Source of the DNA: Candidatus Latescibacterota bacterium
GTDB taxonomy: Bacteria; Latescibacterota; UBA2968
Direction of reading: 5' to 3'
Length of the DNA stretch: 64,000 nt
Assembly: GCA_965198115.1 (NCBI GenBank)
Contig: OZ240241.1
Coordinates: 3,264,001 to 3,328,000 of the forward strand
A program made the translations under genes and the position numbers. Of this stretch, positions 31,002-42,233 are shown piece after piece. The notes beneath the pieces are model-generated. The model ran no database searches, had not been told where the DNA came from, and saw only the letters and a list, made by a program, of their open reading frames with translations. Within the stretch, counting starts at the first letter, position 1. Each line of letters opens with the position of its first letter.

Positions 31002-31080
31002 TGAAAAGAGACGGGATTCCGACGGAACGGCACCACCCCGCCCGGCCGTTCTCATCTTCGAGTAGCCGAAACTTGCTGGA

Positions 31081-32079
31081 ATGTATCCATTCCCGCCGCC
31101 AGAGGCGTGGAAGGAGGTCGCTGTGGTGTTTAGGAAGACACTGCGTCTTCTGGGGCTGATTCTTTTCGCCTACATCCTCACACAGGTGGATGTCGGGAAG
31201 GTCGTGGCGGTCTATCGCGACAGTGACCTCGTCCCTCTGGCTCTCGTGGTCTTGCTCTTCTACCCGACGATCTGGTTCAGGTCGCTACGCTGGCAGCGTC
31301 TTCTCCCCAAGTCCGGCGCCAGGCTCACTCAGAAACAGCTCTTCCGGTCTTACTTGGCCAGCTACTTCGCTGGTACCATCACACCGGGCCGGGTCGGAGA
31401 GCTCAGCCGCGTCGGCTATCTCCGCGCGCACGACGTTCCGATATGGGAATCGGCATTCAGCACGGTCGCAGACCGAGCGCTCGATATCGCCGCCCTCGGG
31501 CTTCTCGCGATGATGGGAGCGATCGTTCTCCTCGACGGCTGGAGCCCCTGGGTCCTCACCTTCGGAACGGCCATCGGCTGTGTGACAATCGCCCTGACGT
31601 GGCGACGAGGGATCGAAAGGGTGCCCGCCCTCATTCGACGACTGCTGCCGCAAAGATGGGGGGAGCGTCTTCACGACCCGGCCAACGCGCTCGTCCAAGG
31701 ACTCGGAAACAACCGCGCCATCGTAGGATCCGCCGTCGGCTGGACAGCCCTCAGCTGGGGGCTTGTCTGCATACAGGTCCTGTTGATGGCCGGCGCCCTC
31801 CACATCGAGGCGGACGCCGCACAGCTCGTCGGCGCCTACAGCCTGGCTGCGGTCGTCGGAGCATTGCCGATCACTGTCGCCGGCGTGGGCACGAGAGATG
31901 CGGCGCTCGTCATCACGTTCGGGTTGGCCGGCCTGCCGGCCGAAACCGCGATCGCGTTCTCATCGGGCGTTCTGCTCCTCTACGTCTTTCAGGGAATCCT
32001 CTGTATGCCCTTCTGGCTGCACGTTCCCGTCAAAAGGACTGACACGCCCGTGATGGCTCGGGTGGCAACAGAGGCATGA
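31081..32079 (+). CDS. Lysylphosphatidylglycerol synthase TM / UPF0104 flippase-like protein
   Basis: RSLRW, TPGRVGE..R, DR..D, LPITVAGVGTRD. Confidence 0.85.
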   Translation: MYPFPPPEAWKEVAVVFRKTLRLLGLILFAYILTQVDVGKVVAVYRDSDLVPLALVVLLFYPTIWFRSLRWQRLLPKSGARLTQKQLFRSYLASYFAGTITPGRVGELSRVGYLRAHDVPIWESAFSTVADRALDIAALGLLAMMGAIVLLDGWSPWVLTFGTAIGCVTIALTWRRGIERVPALIRRLLPQRWGERLHDPANALVQGLGNNRAIVGSAVGWTALSWGLVCIQVLLMAGALHIEADAAQLVGAYSLAAVVGALPITVAGVGTRDAALVITFGLAGLPAETAIAFSSGVLLLYVFQGILCMPFWLHVPVKRTDTPVMARVATEA

Positions 32080-32223
32080 CGAAGCTGAATTTATGTATCG
32101 AGCGCCCGGGAATGGCCAACTGCAGGCAGATTCTCCCCGTCCGATATAGAGAATGGGAGTGGAGCCTGATCATTTTCGATGTAAGCCGTAGAACTTTGCA
32201 CCGGCATCGGAGGAGTCCCTGAA

Positions 32224-33671
32224 ATGAAGATTCTCGTCCTCAACCCCGCCAGTACCGCGACAAAGAACGTCATCCGTGACGTGCTCTACGGGTGCTGGTG
32301 CAAGGGCAAGCGCATGGCGGAGCGACCGTCCCCCCGTTCGCCCTGCTCGAGATCGCGACCATCCTGCAGAACGACGAGCACGACGTCGAGTTTCTCGATG
32401 CGCAGGCCGAGCAGCTCCCGTTCGAGATCGTAGAGCGCAAGGTCACCGACCGCGATGCTGTCATCGTCTCCACATCGACCATGACCTTCACCGAGGATGC
32501 GAACACGCTCCTCGCCCTCAAAGCCGTGAACGAGAACCTGACGACCGTGATGTTCGGGTCGCACCCGTCCTTCATGCCGACCTATTCGCTCGCGCACGAC
32601 GGCCCCGACATCATCGTCCGTCACGAGCCCGAATTCATCATCCGGGACCTGTTCCGCACCCTCCGCAAGGGCGGCGACGACTGGAAAACGACCAACGGCA
32701 TCGGTTTCCGCCAGAATGGCGAGCACATCATCAACCCGGATTATCCGTTTATCGATCTCGATGAGCTTCCCTATCCCGACGTCACACTTCTGCCGCAGGG
32801 TATCGACTACTACAATCCGCTAGTCCGCCGCATGCCCTACATCACCACAACGACGTCCAAGGGATGTCCCGCCAAGTGCACGTTTTGCACGACCCCCTAC
32901 TTCGACGGGATGAAAGTCCGGTTCCAGAGCGCCGACTACGTGATCGGCGAAATCGAGCACTTCCTCGCGCACGGTTTCCGCGAAGTCTACTTCCGCGACG
33001 ACACATTCTTCGTGTGGAAAAAACGAGATATCAAACTCTGCGAGGAGATCGTCAACCGGGGTCTCGACGTCACGTGGATCGCCAACGCCCGCGTCAGCAT
33101 GATCGACAAGGAGATGATGCAACGGGCGAAGGATGCCGGATGCCACACGATCAAGTTCGGCATCGAGTCTGGCGTTCAGGAGATTTTAGACCGAATGCGT
33201 AAGGGCTACACGATCGACCAGGCCTACGAGGTCTTCGAGTGGGTCCACGACGTCGGCATCCACGCCCACGCGCACGTCATGCTCGGCAATCCGGGCGACT
33301 CGCACGAGACGATCGAGCGCACCATCGCGTTTGTGAAGGAGCTCAACCCCGGCACGGCCACCTTCGGGCTCTGCACACCCTACCCCGGCACGCCCTTGTT
33401 CGATGAGGTAGCAGAGATGCATCCCGAGATCAAGGACGGGACGCAGAGCGACCTGTCAAAGCTGCACACCGAGGGCCTCTTCAACGAGCACTACACCTCA
33501 CTCAAGAAGGACGAGCTCGAAGAATACGTCCAGAAGGCCTACCGGGAATTCTACTTGCGCCCCGGCTACGTCGTCGAAACCGCCGTAAATCAGCTCCGCG
33601 GTATCGATGACATCAAGCGATTGAGCATCGCGGCGTCGAACGTCGTCGACTTTGCGTTGCGAGGAGAATGA
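32224..33671 (+). CDS. B12-binding radical SAM protein (frameshift near 32315)
   Basis: N-terminal MKILVLNP; B12-binding region; KGCPAKCTFC, FRDDTF, FGIESG, TPYPGT. Confidence 0.88.
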
Positions 33672-34621
33672 GCATGTCTCGCCCCTGGTCTCTGAGCGTC
33701 ATCATTCCCGCACTCAACGAAGCCGATACGATCGGTGGGATCGTGCGTGAGATCCGCAGGCTCGACGAAGCCGACGAGATTCTCGTCATCGACGACGGCT
33801 CTACTGACGGCACTGCCGACATCGCCGAACGGGCTGGCGCGTCTGTCATACGCCATCCCTACAACATCGGAAACGGCGCCGCCGTCAAAACCGGCATCCG
33901 CGAAGCTACGGGCGACGTCCTTCTGTTCATGGACGGCGACGGCCAGCACGACCCCACCGACATTCCTCGCCTGCTCGACAGGATGAACGACTACGACATG
34001 GTCGTGGGCGCTCGCACGAAGGATGCCAAGGTGTCGGCGTTCCGCTCTCTCGGAAACTGGGGTCTCATCAAGGTCGCCGAATACCTGTCGGGTCACAGCA
34101 TCCCTGACTTGACCTCTGGTTTCCGCGCCTTCCATCGCAACAAGATCCTGCGATTCGTGCACCTGCTGCCCAACCGCTACAGCTACCCGACGACCAGCAT
34201 CATGGCCTTCCTGCACGCGGGCCACACGATTCACTTCGAGCCGCTCAGCTCGATCCGCAAGAGACAGGCGGGGCAAAGCAACATCCGGCCGTTCAAAGAC
34301 GGCTTCCGGTTCATCAACATCATCCTGCGCATCATCATGATGTTCGCGCCACAGAAGATCTTCATGCCTGCGAGCTCGGCTCTCTTGATCACGGGTGGCG
34401 GGCTGCTCAGCTACAACCTGTTCTACCAGCACAACATCCACGACGCCTCCATCATCGTCATCACAGTTGGCACATTCACCTTTTTCTTCGGTCTCCTTGC
34501 CGACCAGATCGCCCACATCCGACGTGAGCTTGGACGTTTCACGCTCATGGATCTGGCCGCTCACCACAGCCATACAAGCGAACCATCCAGTCCAGAAGAC
34601 ATTCGGTCGATCGTCTCGTAG
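33668..34621 (+). CDS. GT2 glycosyltransferase (DPM1-like, C-terminal TM helices)
   Basis: IIPALNE, IDDGSTD, MDGDGQH, DLTSGFR. Confidence 0.92.
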   Translation: MSMSRPWSLSVIIPALNEADTIGGIVREIRRLDEADEILVIDDGSTDGTADIAERAGASVIRHPYNIGNGAAVKTGIREATGDVLLFMDGDGQHDPTDIPRLLDRMNDYDMVVGARTKDAKVSAFRSLGNWGLIKVAEYLSGHSIPDLTSGFRAFHRNKILRFVHLLPNRYSYPTTSIMAFLHAGHTIHFEPLSSIRKRQAGQSNIRPFKDGFRFINIILRIIMMFAPQKIFMPASSALLITGGGLLSYNLFYQHNIHDASIIVITVGTFTFFFGLLADQIAHIRRELGRFTLMDLAAHHSHTSEPSSPEDIRSIVS

Positions 34622-34658
34622 CGCGCGATACGATCGACCCGCTCGACAAGGGCAGCAC

Positions 34659-36432
34659 ATGAACCTCCTCGGTCTCTCCATCTGTCACGACGCTCACGTT
34701 GCGGTCGTTCGCGACGGAAAGCTCGTGGCGGCGATCGGCGAAGAACGGCTCAACCGCGTCAAGATGTACTATGGGTTTCCCTTCCTCGCGATCGAGGAGG
34801 CGCTCAGAATCTCGGGGTTGACCGGCAACGAGGTCGATGCCGTCTGCATCGGGTCCACCTCGACGAAGTATGTCCCAAAGTGGTTGATGGACCTCTACCT
34901 GGACCCGGACCACCTGCACTTCGACGGAAGCAACCATTACACGGTCCCCGAAAGACTTCGCTACCTCCAGGGCTTCCTTGGGGCAAGGTTCGCTCCCGAA
35001 CCCACGACCAACGAGGCCAGGCTCAGAAACGTCCTCGCTGACTACGGTATCGACGCACCGATGTTCTTCTACGATCACCATCACGCCCACTGCGCATCCT
35101 CTTACTTCACGTCCGATGCGGAGAAGGCCCTTTCCCTCTCGATCGACGGCGGTGGTGATGGTCGATACGCTACAGCATGCATACGAAAACGGAATCGGCA
35201 GATGCCTGTCGTCATCTCCGGGTGAAGGTCGACGCCCGGAGTATTCGCCCGCCGACGTCTACTCCTTCGTGACGAAACACCTCGGCTTCAAACGCGTTCA
35301 GCACGAAGGGAAGGTGACTGGATTGGCCGCACACGGCGACCCAGATCGGCTCTACGCACACTTCGAAAAGCTGACCTACCTCGAAACGGAGTCACGAACG
35401 TTCAGGTCCGCGATTCCCTACGACCGTTTTAGAACGAAATTCGCGAGAACCATCGCACTCGGAACGCCCTACGACACGGGCCTGTTGGAATATTTCCGCC
35501 GCGAGTTCGACGGCGAGTCAAGAGAAGACATCGCCGCCGCACTGCAAAAGCGGTGCGAAGACCTCGCAAGGGACTACGTCACCCTTCATCTGGAGGCGTC
35601 GCCATCCAGAAAGATCCTTCTCTCCGGGGGCCTCTTTGCCAACGTCCAGATCAACCAGATTGTCTCCGAGATCGATGGTGTGGACGAGATTTACGTGCAT
35701 CCCTGCATGGGCGACGGAGGCCTCGCAGCTGGCGCCTGTTTCCTCCACTACGAGCGATCGCAACGCAAGCTGGGGCGTGTCTGGGTCGGGGACCGAATCG
35801 ACGACGTCTATCTGGGCCCGGACTACAGTGAGACCCAGGTCGAGCGCGCCCTCGCGGCAAGCGGGCTTCGATATTTCAAGAGTAAGAGTCCGAGCGGTGA
35901 TATGGCGACCCTGTTCTCTAAACGAAGAGTCGTGGGCCATTTCTCGGGCAGAATGGAATACGGGCCGAGGGCCCTCGGGAATCGGTCGCTGCTCTACGCG
36001 CCCGACGACCCGGCCGTGAACGCCCAGCTCAACCACCGTCTCCACCGAACGGAGTTCATGCCTTTCGCCCCAATGTGCCTCGCCGAGTGTGCGCCTGACC
36101 TCTTCGAGGCATTCCACGCGGGTCGAACCGCAGCTCAGTTCATGACGACGACGTTCGAGATTCGACCGGAATGGCGTCATCGGCTAGCCGGTGTCTGTCA
36201 CATCGATCAGACAGCACGTCCTCAAACCATCCGGGCCGATCAGAACCCACGCGTGCACGGTATCCTCGAGGCCTACCGCCGAATCACCGGGACGCCCGCC
36301 CTCATCAACACATCGTTCAACATTCACGGCGAACCCATCGTCTGCACGCCCGAGGATGCGATTCGGTCGTTCAAAGCCGACGCGTGCGACGTGCTCGTGC
36401 TAAATGATTTCATCTGCGAGAAGCCGTCTTGA
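34659..36432 (+). CDS. Carbamoyltransferase, NodU/CmcH family (frameshift near 35180)
   Basis: HDA, EERLNRVK, HHHAH, DGGGD, EGKVTGLA, EYGPRALGNRS, NTSFNIHGEPIV. Confidence 0.9.
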
Positions 36433-37676
36433 GCGAGGCCCTCCCCGCCCGACCACCCGAGACCGTCCCGGGTCAACGGCCTCGACCCCATCTCCTGTGT
36501 CTCCCTGCGGACTCCGTGGACGCGCTCGAAACGCTGGGGGTTGCCTCCTTCATCTGGCGTCACTACGCGCCCAGAGCCTACTTCTCGAAGATTATATTCG
36601 CCCTTCTCGGGGACCACGCATCGGAGCGCGGCCTCGACCCCAGCACGTCGATCCTCGTTTTCCGACGTCGATGGGGAGCGGGTCGGTTCTCACGCGCGTT
36701 CTTCTACGCCATACGTGTTCCGCTCTTCACGGCCTACCTCGTTCAGCTCATCCGTCGCGAACAGATCGACGTGGTTCGCGCGCGATCGGCCGGATACAAC
36801 GCCCTGGCCGGCCTCCTCGCCGCGAAACTGACGGGCACCCGCTGCGCCGTCTCCCTGCACGCACCCTACGCTGTCGATCGCGAATACTGGCCACGCGGTT
36901 TTCGCCGCTGGGAAGAGGCCTGCATCGAGCGGATCGTGCTGACTCTCGCGGATCGTGTCTACTGCGTCGGCAATGCGTTGCGGAACTATGCGATCTCCGC
37001 TGGAGTCCCGCCGGAACGGGCCCAGGTCCTGTTCAATCGCGTCGACATCGCCAAGTTCGCGAACGTCCACCCGAACGATGCATCACGCATCTGGTCGGAA
37101 TTCCGCGTCGCAGAAACAGATCGCATACTCATCACGGTAGGCAGGTTCGTCCCATCCAAAGACCCGTTGACCCTGTTGGAAGGGTTCAGAGACCTCTACG
37201 CCGACGACCCGGGCTACAAACTCGTCATGGTTGGCGACGGGCCACTGCGGGGTCAGGTGGACGCCTACGTGGAGAAACACGGCCTGACCCAGTCGGTGAA
37301 GTGCGTAGGAAACGTTTGCAACGATCTGCTCCCCGCTTACCTGCACGCCGCGGACGTGTTCGTCTTCCCGACTCACTTCGAAGGCTTCGGCATTGTCCTC
37401 GCAGAGGCTCAGGCCGCCGGAATCCCCATCGTGACGACACGGATTCCGGGCACATCCGACATCGTGTCCGACGACAACGCCTGGCTCGTCCCGGTAGGAG
37501 ATCCCCAGGCCCTGGCAGCGGCCGTCCGAACGGTCTTCGTGGACGCCGCAGCGGCCGCTCGCAAGACCGATTCCGGACGCAGAAACGTGGGCCGCTTCGA
37601 CGAGCGGGTGATTCTCTCGCGTGAAGAAGCCCTCTACGACGAATTGCTCGCCTCACCCACGGGGAAACGGGCGTGA
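36429..37676 (+). CDS. GT4 glycosyltransferase
   Basis: VGR...KD, VGDGPLR, EGFGIVLAEA. Confidence 0.9.
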   Translation: MSEALPARPPETVPGQRPRPHLLCLPADSVDALETLGVASFIWRHYAPRAYFSKIIFALLGDHASERGLDPSTSILVFRRRWGAGRFSRAFFYAIRVPLFTAYLVQLIRREQIDVVRARSAGYNALAGLLAAKLTGTRCAVSLHAPYAVDREYWPRGFRRWEEACIERIVLTLADRVYCVGNALRNYAISAGVPPERAQVLFNRVDIAKFANVHPNDASRIWSEFRVAETDRILITVGRFVPSKDPLTLLEGFRDLYADDPGYKLVMVGDGPLRGQVDAYVEKHGLTQSVKCVGNVCNDLLPAYLHAADVFVFPTHFEGFGIVLAEAQAAGIPIVTTRIPGTSDIVSDDNAWLVPVGDPQALAAAVRTVFVDAAAAARKTDSGRRNVGRFDERVILSREEALYDELLASPTGKRA

Positions 37677-38551
37677 AAGCACGGATCAAGCGCAAACTGC
37701 GAGCCCTGCTCGATCGAGGATCACGGCGACGAACGCTCGGCTGCCTGGCGACGCTCTATGGCACTCTGACGCAGCGATCGTGGATGCGAATCACCTATCG
37801 CGACAGATTCTGGCATATCCGCCGCCGCGGCGGGACCGTGGTCAGCAGAGACCCGGCCTGGTGGAAACCCGACCCGGCAGAAAGCACGCCCGTTGCGGCC
37901 GACCACTGGTTCGAAGTCTACGAGCCGCGCAAGGGTGACACCATCGTCACAATCGGGGCGGGGCGCGGAGAGGAGATTCTGTGTTTTGCCGATGCGGTAG
38001 GGACGTCGGGACGGGTGATCGCAGTTGAGGCACATCCGGAAAGCTATGCGCATCTCGAACGGTTCTGCGAAGTCAATGGATTGGACCACGTCACACCTGT
38101 CCACGCGGCCGTCCTCGATCGGGAGGCGGTGGTTCGCATCACGGACGACGCCCACGTCGCGAACACGATCCTATCCGAAGCTGGCAGCATAGACGTGCCC
38201 GGAATGACACTCGATACCCTCCTACATCGCCTGGGCGTCGACCACGTCGATTTCGTGAAAATGAACATCGAAGGTGCTGAACGATGGGGCATCCTGGGAA
38301 TGGAGGACGCGCTAGCCAGCCACCCGGTCCTGTGTATCGCCTGTCACGACTTCATCGCCGAACGCGATGGAGCGGCATCCATGCGAACAAAGTCGTTCGT
38401 CATACGATTCGTCGAGGACAGGGGCTACGAAGTGATTTCACGAGACGACGACCCGAGGCTCTACGTCCGAGACCAGGTCAACGCGCGTTACCCGAATCGC
38501 CAACTGGTCGACGCCAATGCCCCCTTAATTGGTGAATCGGTGGCACTGTAG
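37673..38551 (+). CDS. FkbM family methyltransferase
   Basis: IGAGRG, AVEAHP, TLD..L, VKMNIEGAE. Confidence 0.85.
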   Translation: MKARIKRKLRALLDRGSRRRTLGCLATLYGTLTQRSWMRITYRDRFWHIRRRGGTVVSRDPAWWKPDPAESTPVAADHWFEVYEPRKGDTIVTIGAGRGEEILCFADAVGTSGRVIAVEAHPESYAHLERFCEVNGLDHVTPVHAAVLDREAVVRITDDAHVANTILSEAGSIDVPGMTLDTLLHRLGVDHVDFVKMNIEGAERWGILGMEDALASHPVLCIACHDFIAERDGAASMRTKSFVIRFVEDRGYEVISRDDDPRLYVRDQVNARYPNRQLVDANAPLIGESVAL

Positions 38552-38663
38552 TGTCGCGGGCTGGGAAAGCCTTTCCGCAATCCCCGGCGTCAGTGGCCCG
38601 CGCTTCATCTCAATTTCATCGTAACATACTGTTTATAAATTTCTTATACAACATAAAGACCCG

Positions 38664-38713
38664 TGGCATATTCTTTGCCAAAGGGTTAATGGGGTCGGGA
38701 TTCCTGCCGATAA
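38664..38713 (+). promoter_or_regulatory. Tandem sigma54 and sigma28 promoters
   Basis: TGGCATATTCTTTGC (38664-38678); TAAT-N15-GCCGATAA (38687-38713); AT-rich tract upstream. Confidence 0.72.
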
Positions 38714-38786
38714 ATAGAACGATGGTGTCCGGCCCTATGATGATGGCCCATTCTGTACACGAAGCACACTGAAAGAGGAGTTCCCA

Positions 38787-41700
38787 ATGGCTCGGAAAGT
38801 CCTGCTCATCGACCCGGGACAGAAGTTCGCCGAGAACGGTTCTCGGCATTCCGTTCGGCAGACCCCGCACATCGGTCTCTGCTATCTCGCGACGGTCCTG
38901 CGGGACATAGCTGACGTCAAGGTGCTCGACATGCCATTGCTGCGTCTCGGCGAGGAGGATCTCCTCGAGGAATACGCGAAGCTCGATTCTGGCGACATCG
39001 TGGGTATCACAGCAGCTACCTTCAACGTGCCCGAAGCACTGCGCGCTGCGGAGATGGCCAAAGCCCACAATTCTGATTTCCTGGTCGTGATGGGAGGCCC
39101 CCACGTGAACGCCTTCCCGACCGACGTGCTTGAGAGATGCGAACACGTCGATGCGGCAGTGGCTGGCGAAGGGGAGAAGATCCTCACAGAGATCGTGAAC
39201 AATTATGACCAGCCTGGCTTCAGCTGGGACATTCCGGGAGTTGCTTGGCGCAATAGCGGGGAGTTGACCTACAGACCTGTCACAAATGATTGGGTCGTCC
39301 AGGACCTGGACGAGATTCCCCTCCCAGACTGGGAGTTTCTCGAGCTGGATCGCTATTCGAAACGATATTCGTCCCACTTCGATCGCATGGAGCAGGTAGC
39401 TCCGCTCTCCACGAACCGGGGATGCCCCTACCAGTGTTCCTTCTGCGACGGCGCGAACCTGACGAACAAGCTCAAGTGGCGATCCGCTCAGAATACGATT
39501 GACGAAATCCAGAATGGTCTGGAGCGGCACAATCTCCGGCACTACTACATCACAGACTCCGTCATGTGCATCCCCAAGTGGCGGTTCCTCGAGTTCTGCG
39601 ACCTGATGATCGCAACAGGGCTGAACAAAGAGGTTTCGATGATCGGGCAGGCTCAGATCAACTCGATCGACGAAGAAATCGTCACGAAATACAGCGAAGC
39701 AGGTGGGGAGTACATCTTCTTTGGCCTGGAGAGCGGAAACGAAGAGGTGTTGAAAAAGGGCTATATCCGGATCTCTCAACGAGATGAAGTGGGTGAAGGT
39801 GCCGTGGTTCCTGGCATGGGGGCGCGGTTAGAGTGTGCGGAACCTCTTCGGAATCTGCTCAGGGATGTTTATGTCTCCGACGGTAAGGAAGATCATATCG
39901 TTGAATGCGTCGAGTGTGCGGAATCCGCTGGCTCGGTTCTTGACGATTTGGACGATTCGGTTGAGGCCTTCGGCGATGGCGTTGGTAAGACGCGTGTTCA
40001 CGAATGCGAGGACGCCGAAGAAGTGCTGTCGCAGGGTCCTGACGAACTTTCGCAGGGGTTCAAGTCGACTTCTGAGTGCGGACGTCGTCCAGCATTTCAG
40101 GAAGCGTTCGGCAGCCCAGGGCGCTTTGTATTCCCAGAACTGCTCGAACTCGTCCTTGAGTCTCCAGGCTCTATAGATTCGGTAGTTCGCCTTCTCCAGT
40201 GCTTTGAGTGTCCGAGTATCCCCTCTGGAGCGTGTCGCTGAGTGCCGGTAGAGGAGCCATCGGAGGCCCTTCATGGCTTTGCGCTCATCCGGGGCAGCTT
40301 TACGCCACTGGTCCTTACGGACCTCGTCAACGGCGGCATTGAGAGCCTTGACGATGTGAAAGCGATCGAGGACCAGCTTGGCATTCGGACAGTGTTCCTG
40401 GATGGCTCCGATGTAAGCTTCGCTCATGTCGCAGCAGGCCCACTCGATCTTGGATCTCTGGTAGGGACTGAGAGCCTCTGTGAAGAACCGATCGATCGTT
40501 TTACGCGCCCTGCCGCGGCCAACCCACACCACGCAGGAGCGGTCCAGATCGTAAACGAGCGTGGCGTACCTGTGACGCTTGGCGTAGGAGATCTCGTCGA
40601 TCCCGATGGTTTTGAGCCCTCGGATACGATGACCTTCACGAAGCCGCGTGATGGATCGGTGAAGGAGATCCGACAGCGTCGAGGCAGAGATGCGCAGCAA
40701 CTCGGACGCCGCCTTCTGCGTCATGGTCTGGCAGTAGCGCAGCATGGCATACTCGAAGCGATACGTCACCCGAGAGAACCGCTCCGCCCACGGAATCTCC
40801 TCGACCACACGACCGTGGGTAGGACACCGAATCTCCCGAGGATGGTAGAGAAGCCAGACCCTCCACCCGCACACCGGAATGTCACGCCACCGACGCGGAT
40901 GGGGCATTGTGCGGACGATTTTACCTCGACGGCCGCACTCCGGACAACAACAACCATTCTTATGTGGCTTTACGGCGATGACGAAACAGCTTCTCCCCTC
41001 AAACCACCAGCTGACAACACGGAACCCCTTGAATCTCAGCAGTTTCGATAGTAATCTGCTCCCGGTCATAGGTCGCACCCCCTTCGCTTTGATTGTCCTA
41101 CACACACAACCAAGCGTAGGGAACGATCTATGACCTTGTCATTCTATAGTTTCACCGTTGAGAAACCCGGATAGAGCCTGAAAAAAAGAACGGCAAACGC
41201 ATCAGCAAGGACCGGGTACGAAGAATCGTCGACGCTGCACACTTTGGCGGTCTGCATCCCCGTGGTTCGTTCATCTTTGGGCTCCCATTCGACACCCAGG
41301 CAAGCGTCGAGGAAACGATCGAGTTCTCGCACGAACTAAAGTTGCATTCGGCCAATTTCTTCATCCTCGACTTCTATCCTGGAACGAGAGCAAAGGACTA
41401 CCTGCTGAACGGAGAAGGCGGTCTCACCATGCTAGATGGTGGCATAGATTGGTCGGTCTACACGCCTAGTAGGGACAAAGCCGCTGTCCGCGTCAATGAC
41501 CTGACGCCCGACCTCCTTCGGGATTACCTGGCTCAAGCAAAGTCCCTTCCCATGCCCTACGAAGACAAGGATCTCACCTTTCGCCAGAAACTGACCGAGT
41601 TCATCTACTTCGTAGAGAACGGTTTCATGGCGGTTTCGGAATCTGGAGATTGGTACGATTCCATAGAAAGTATGAAGACCCACGTATCCGCGGAAACGCT

Positions 41701-41869
41701 CACAGCGTGCGCACCCCGGCTGGAGCGGGTGAGTGAATTGACGGGAAATCAGCTCCGCGTGGCTTGTGTAAGGGTTCATGACGCCCAGACGTCTTCGGAA
41801 ACCCCATCGCGAGAGCCCAGCCGGCCCTGCCTGGCCTGGGCTCTCAGCTTTTTGTGGGACGACTCATAG
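38787..41869 (+). pseudogene. B12-binding radical SAM gene interrupted by ISL3 copy 4
   Basis: RGCPYQCSFC and FGLESGNEEVLKK before the IS; NGKRISKD...FIFGLP...FYPGT resumes after it. Confidence 0.9.
39759..41178 (-). mobile_element. ISL3 copy 4 (transposase 39828-41105)
   Basis: Same IRs; flanks TGAAAAAG / TGAAAAAAAG fit an 8-bp TSD with a homopolymer length difference. Confidence 0.95.
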
Positions 41870-42019
41870 TAGCTCCAACCTCATCCAGCAGTTCCGCCTC
41901 CCGAAGACGACCCCCTCGGAAAATTATTCCTCGATGCAGGACTCCCCGATAGGATTTCCATCACTATAACCTTCTATAAGATATTATTTAATAACAGTTT
42001 AGTTCGGAATACCTGAGCA

Positions 42020-42035
42020 GGGCACAATGCTTGCT
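42020..42035 (+). promoter_or_regulatory. sigma54 promoter
   Basis: GGGCAC-AATGC-TTGCT after an AT-rich tract (41965-42002). Confidence 0.7.
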
Positions 42036-42233
42036 AAAGAATTCACTGCGGCAATTTCAGATACGGTCGATAAACGGAAAGAAGGACCACCCCAGAAACA
42101 CCTCCACCCGCCATCCCACCCTGATATCCGGCCTCTGTCCAAAATGCACTCGCGGTCAGCGGCTTGATTCGAGTTTGAGTCATTCACGCGTCACCAAGAC
42201 GCCAAGAGCAGCATTTAAAGGGAGAACGTTCCG

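Noticed and set aside
23758-37624. Long Arg/Pro-rich alternative-frame and antisense ORFs (e.g. 23758-25011, 36404-37624)
   Set aside because: Shadow ORFs expected in GC-rich coding DNA; they overlap well-supported genes
39759-40241. C-terminal 160 aa of the 484-aa radical SAM ORF
   Set aside because: Read-through into the antisense strand of ISL3
42047-42073. Full sigma28 promoter before sqdB
   Set aside because: Only a -10-like GTCGATAA; the -35 position reads TGCG
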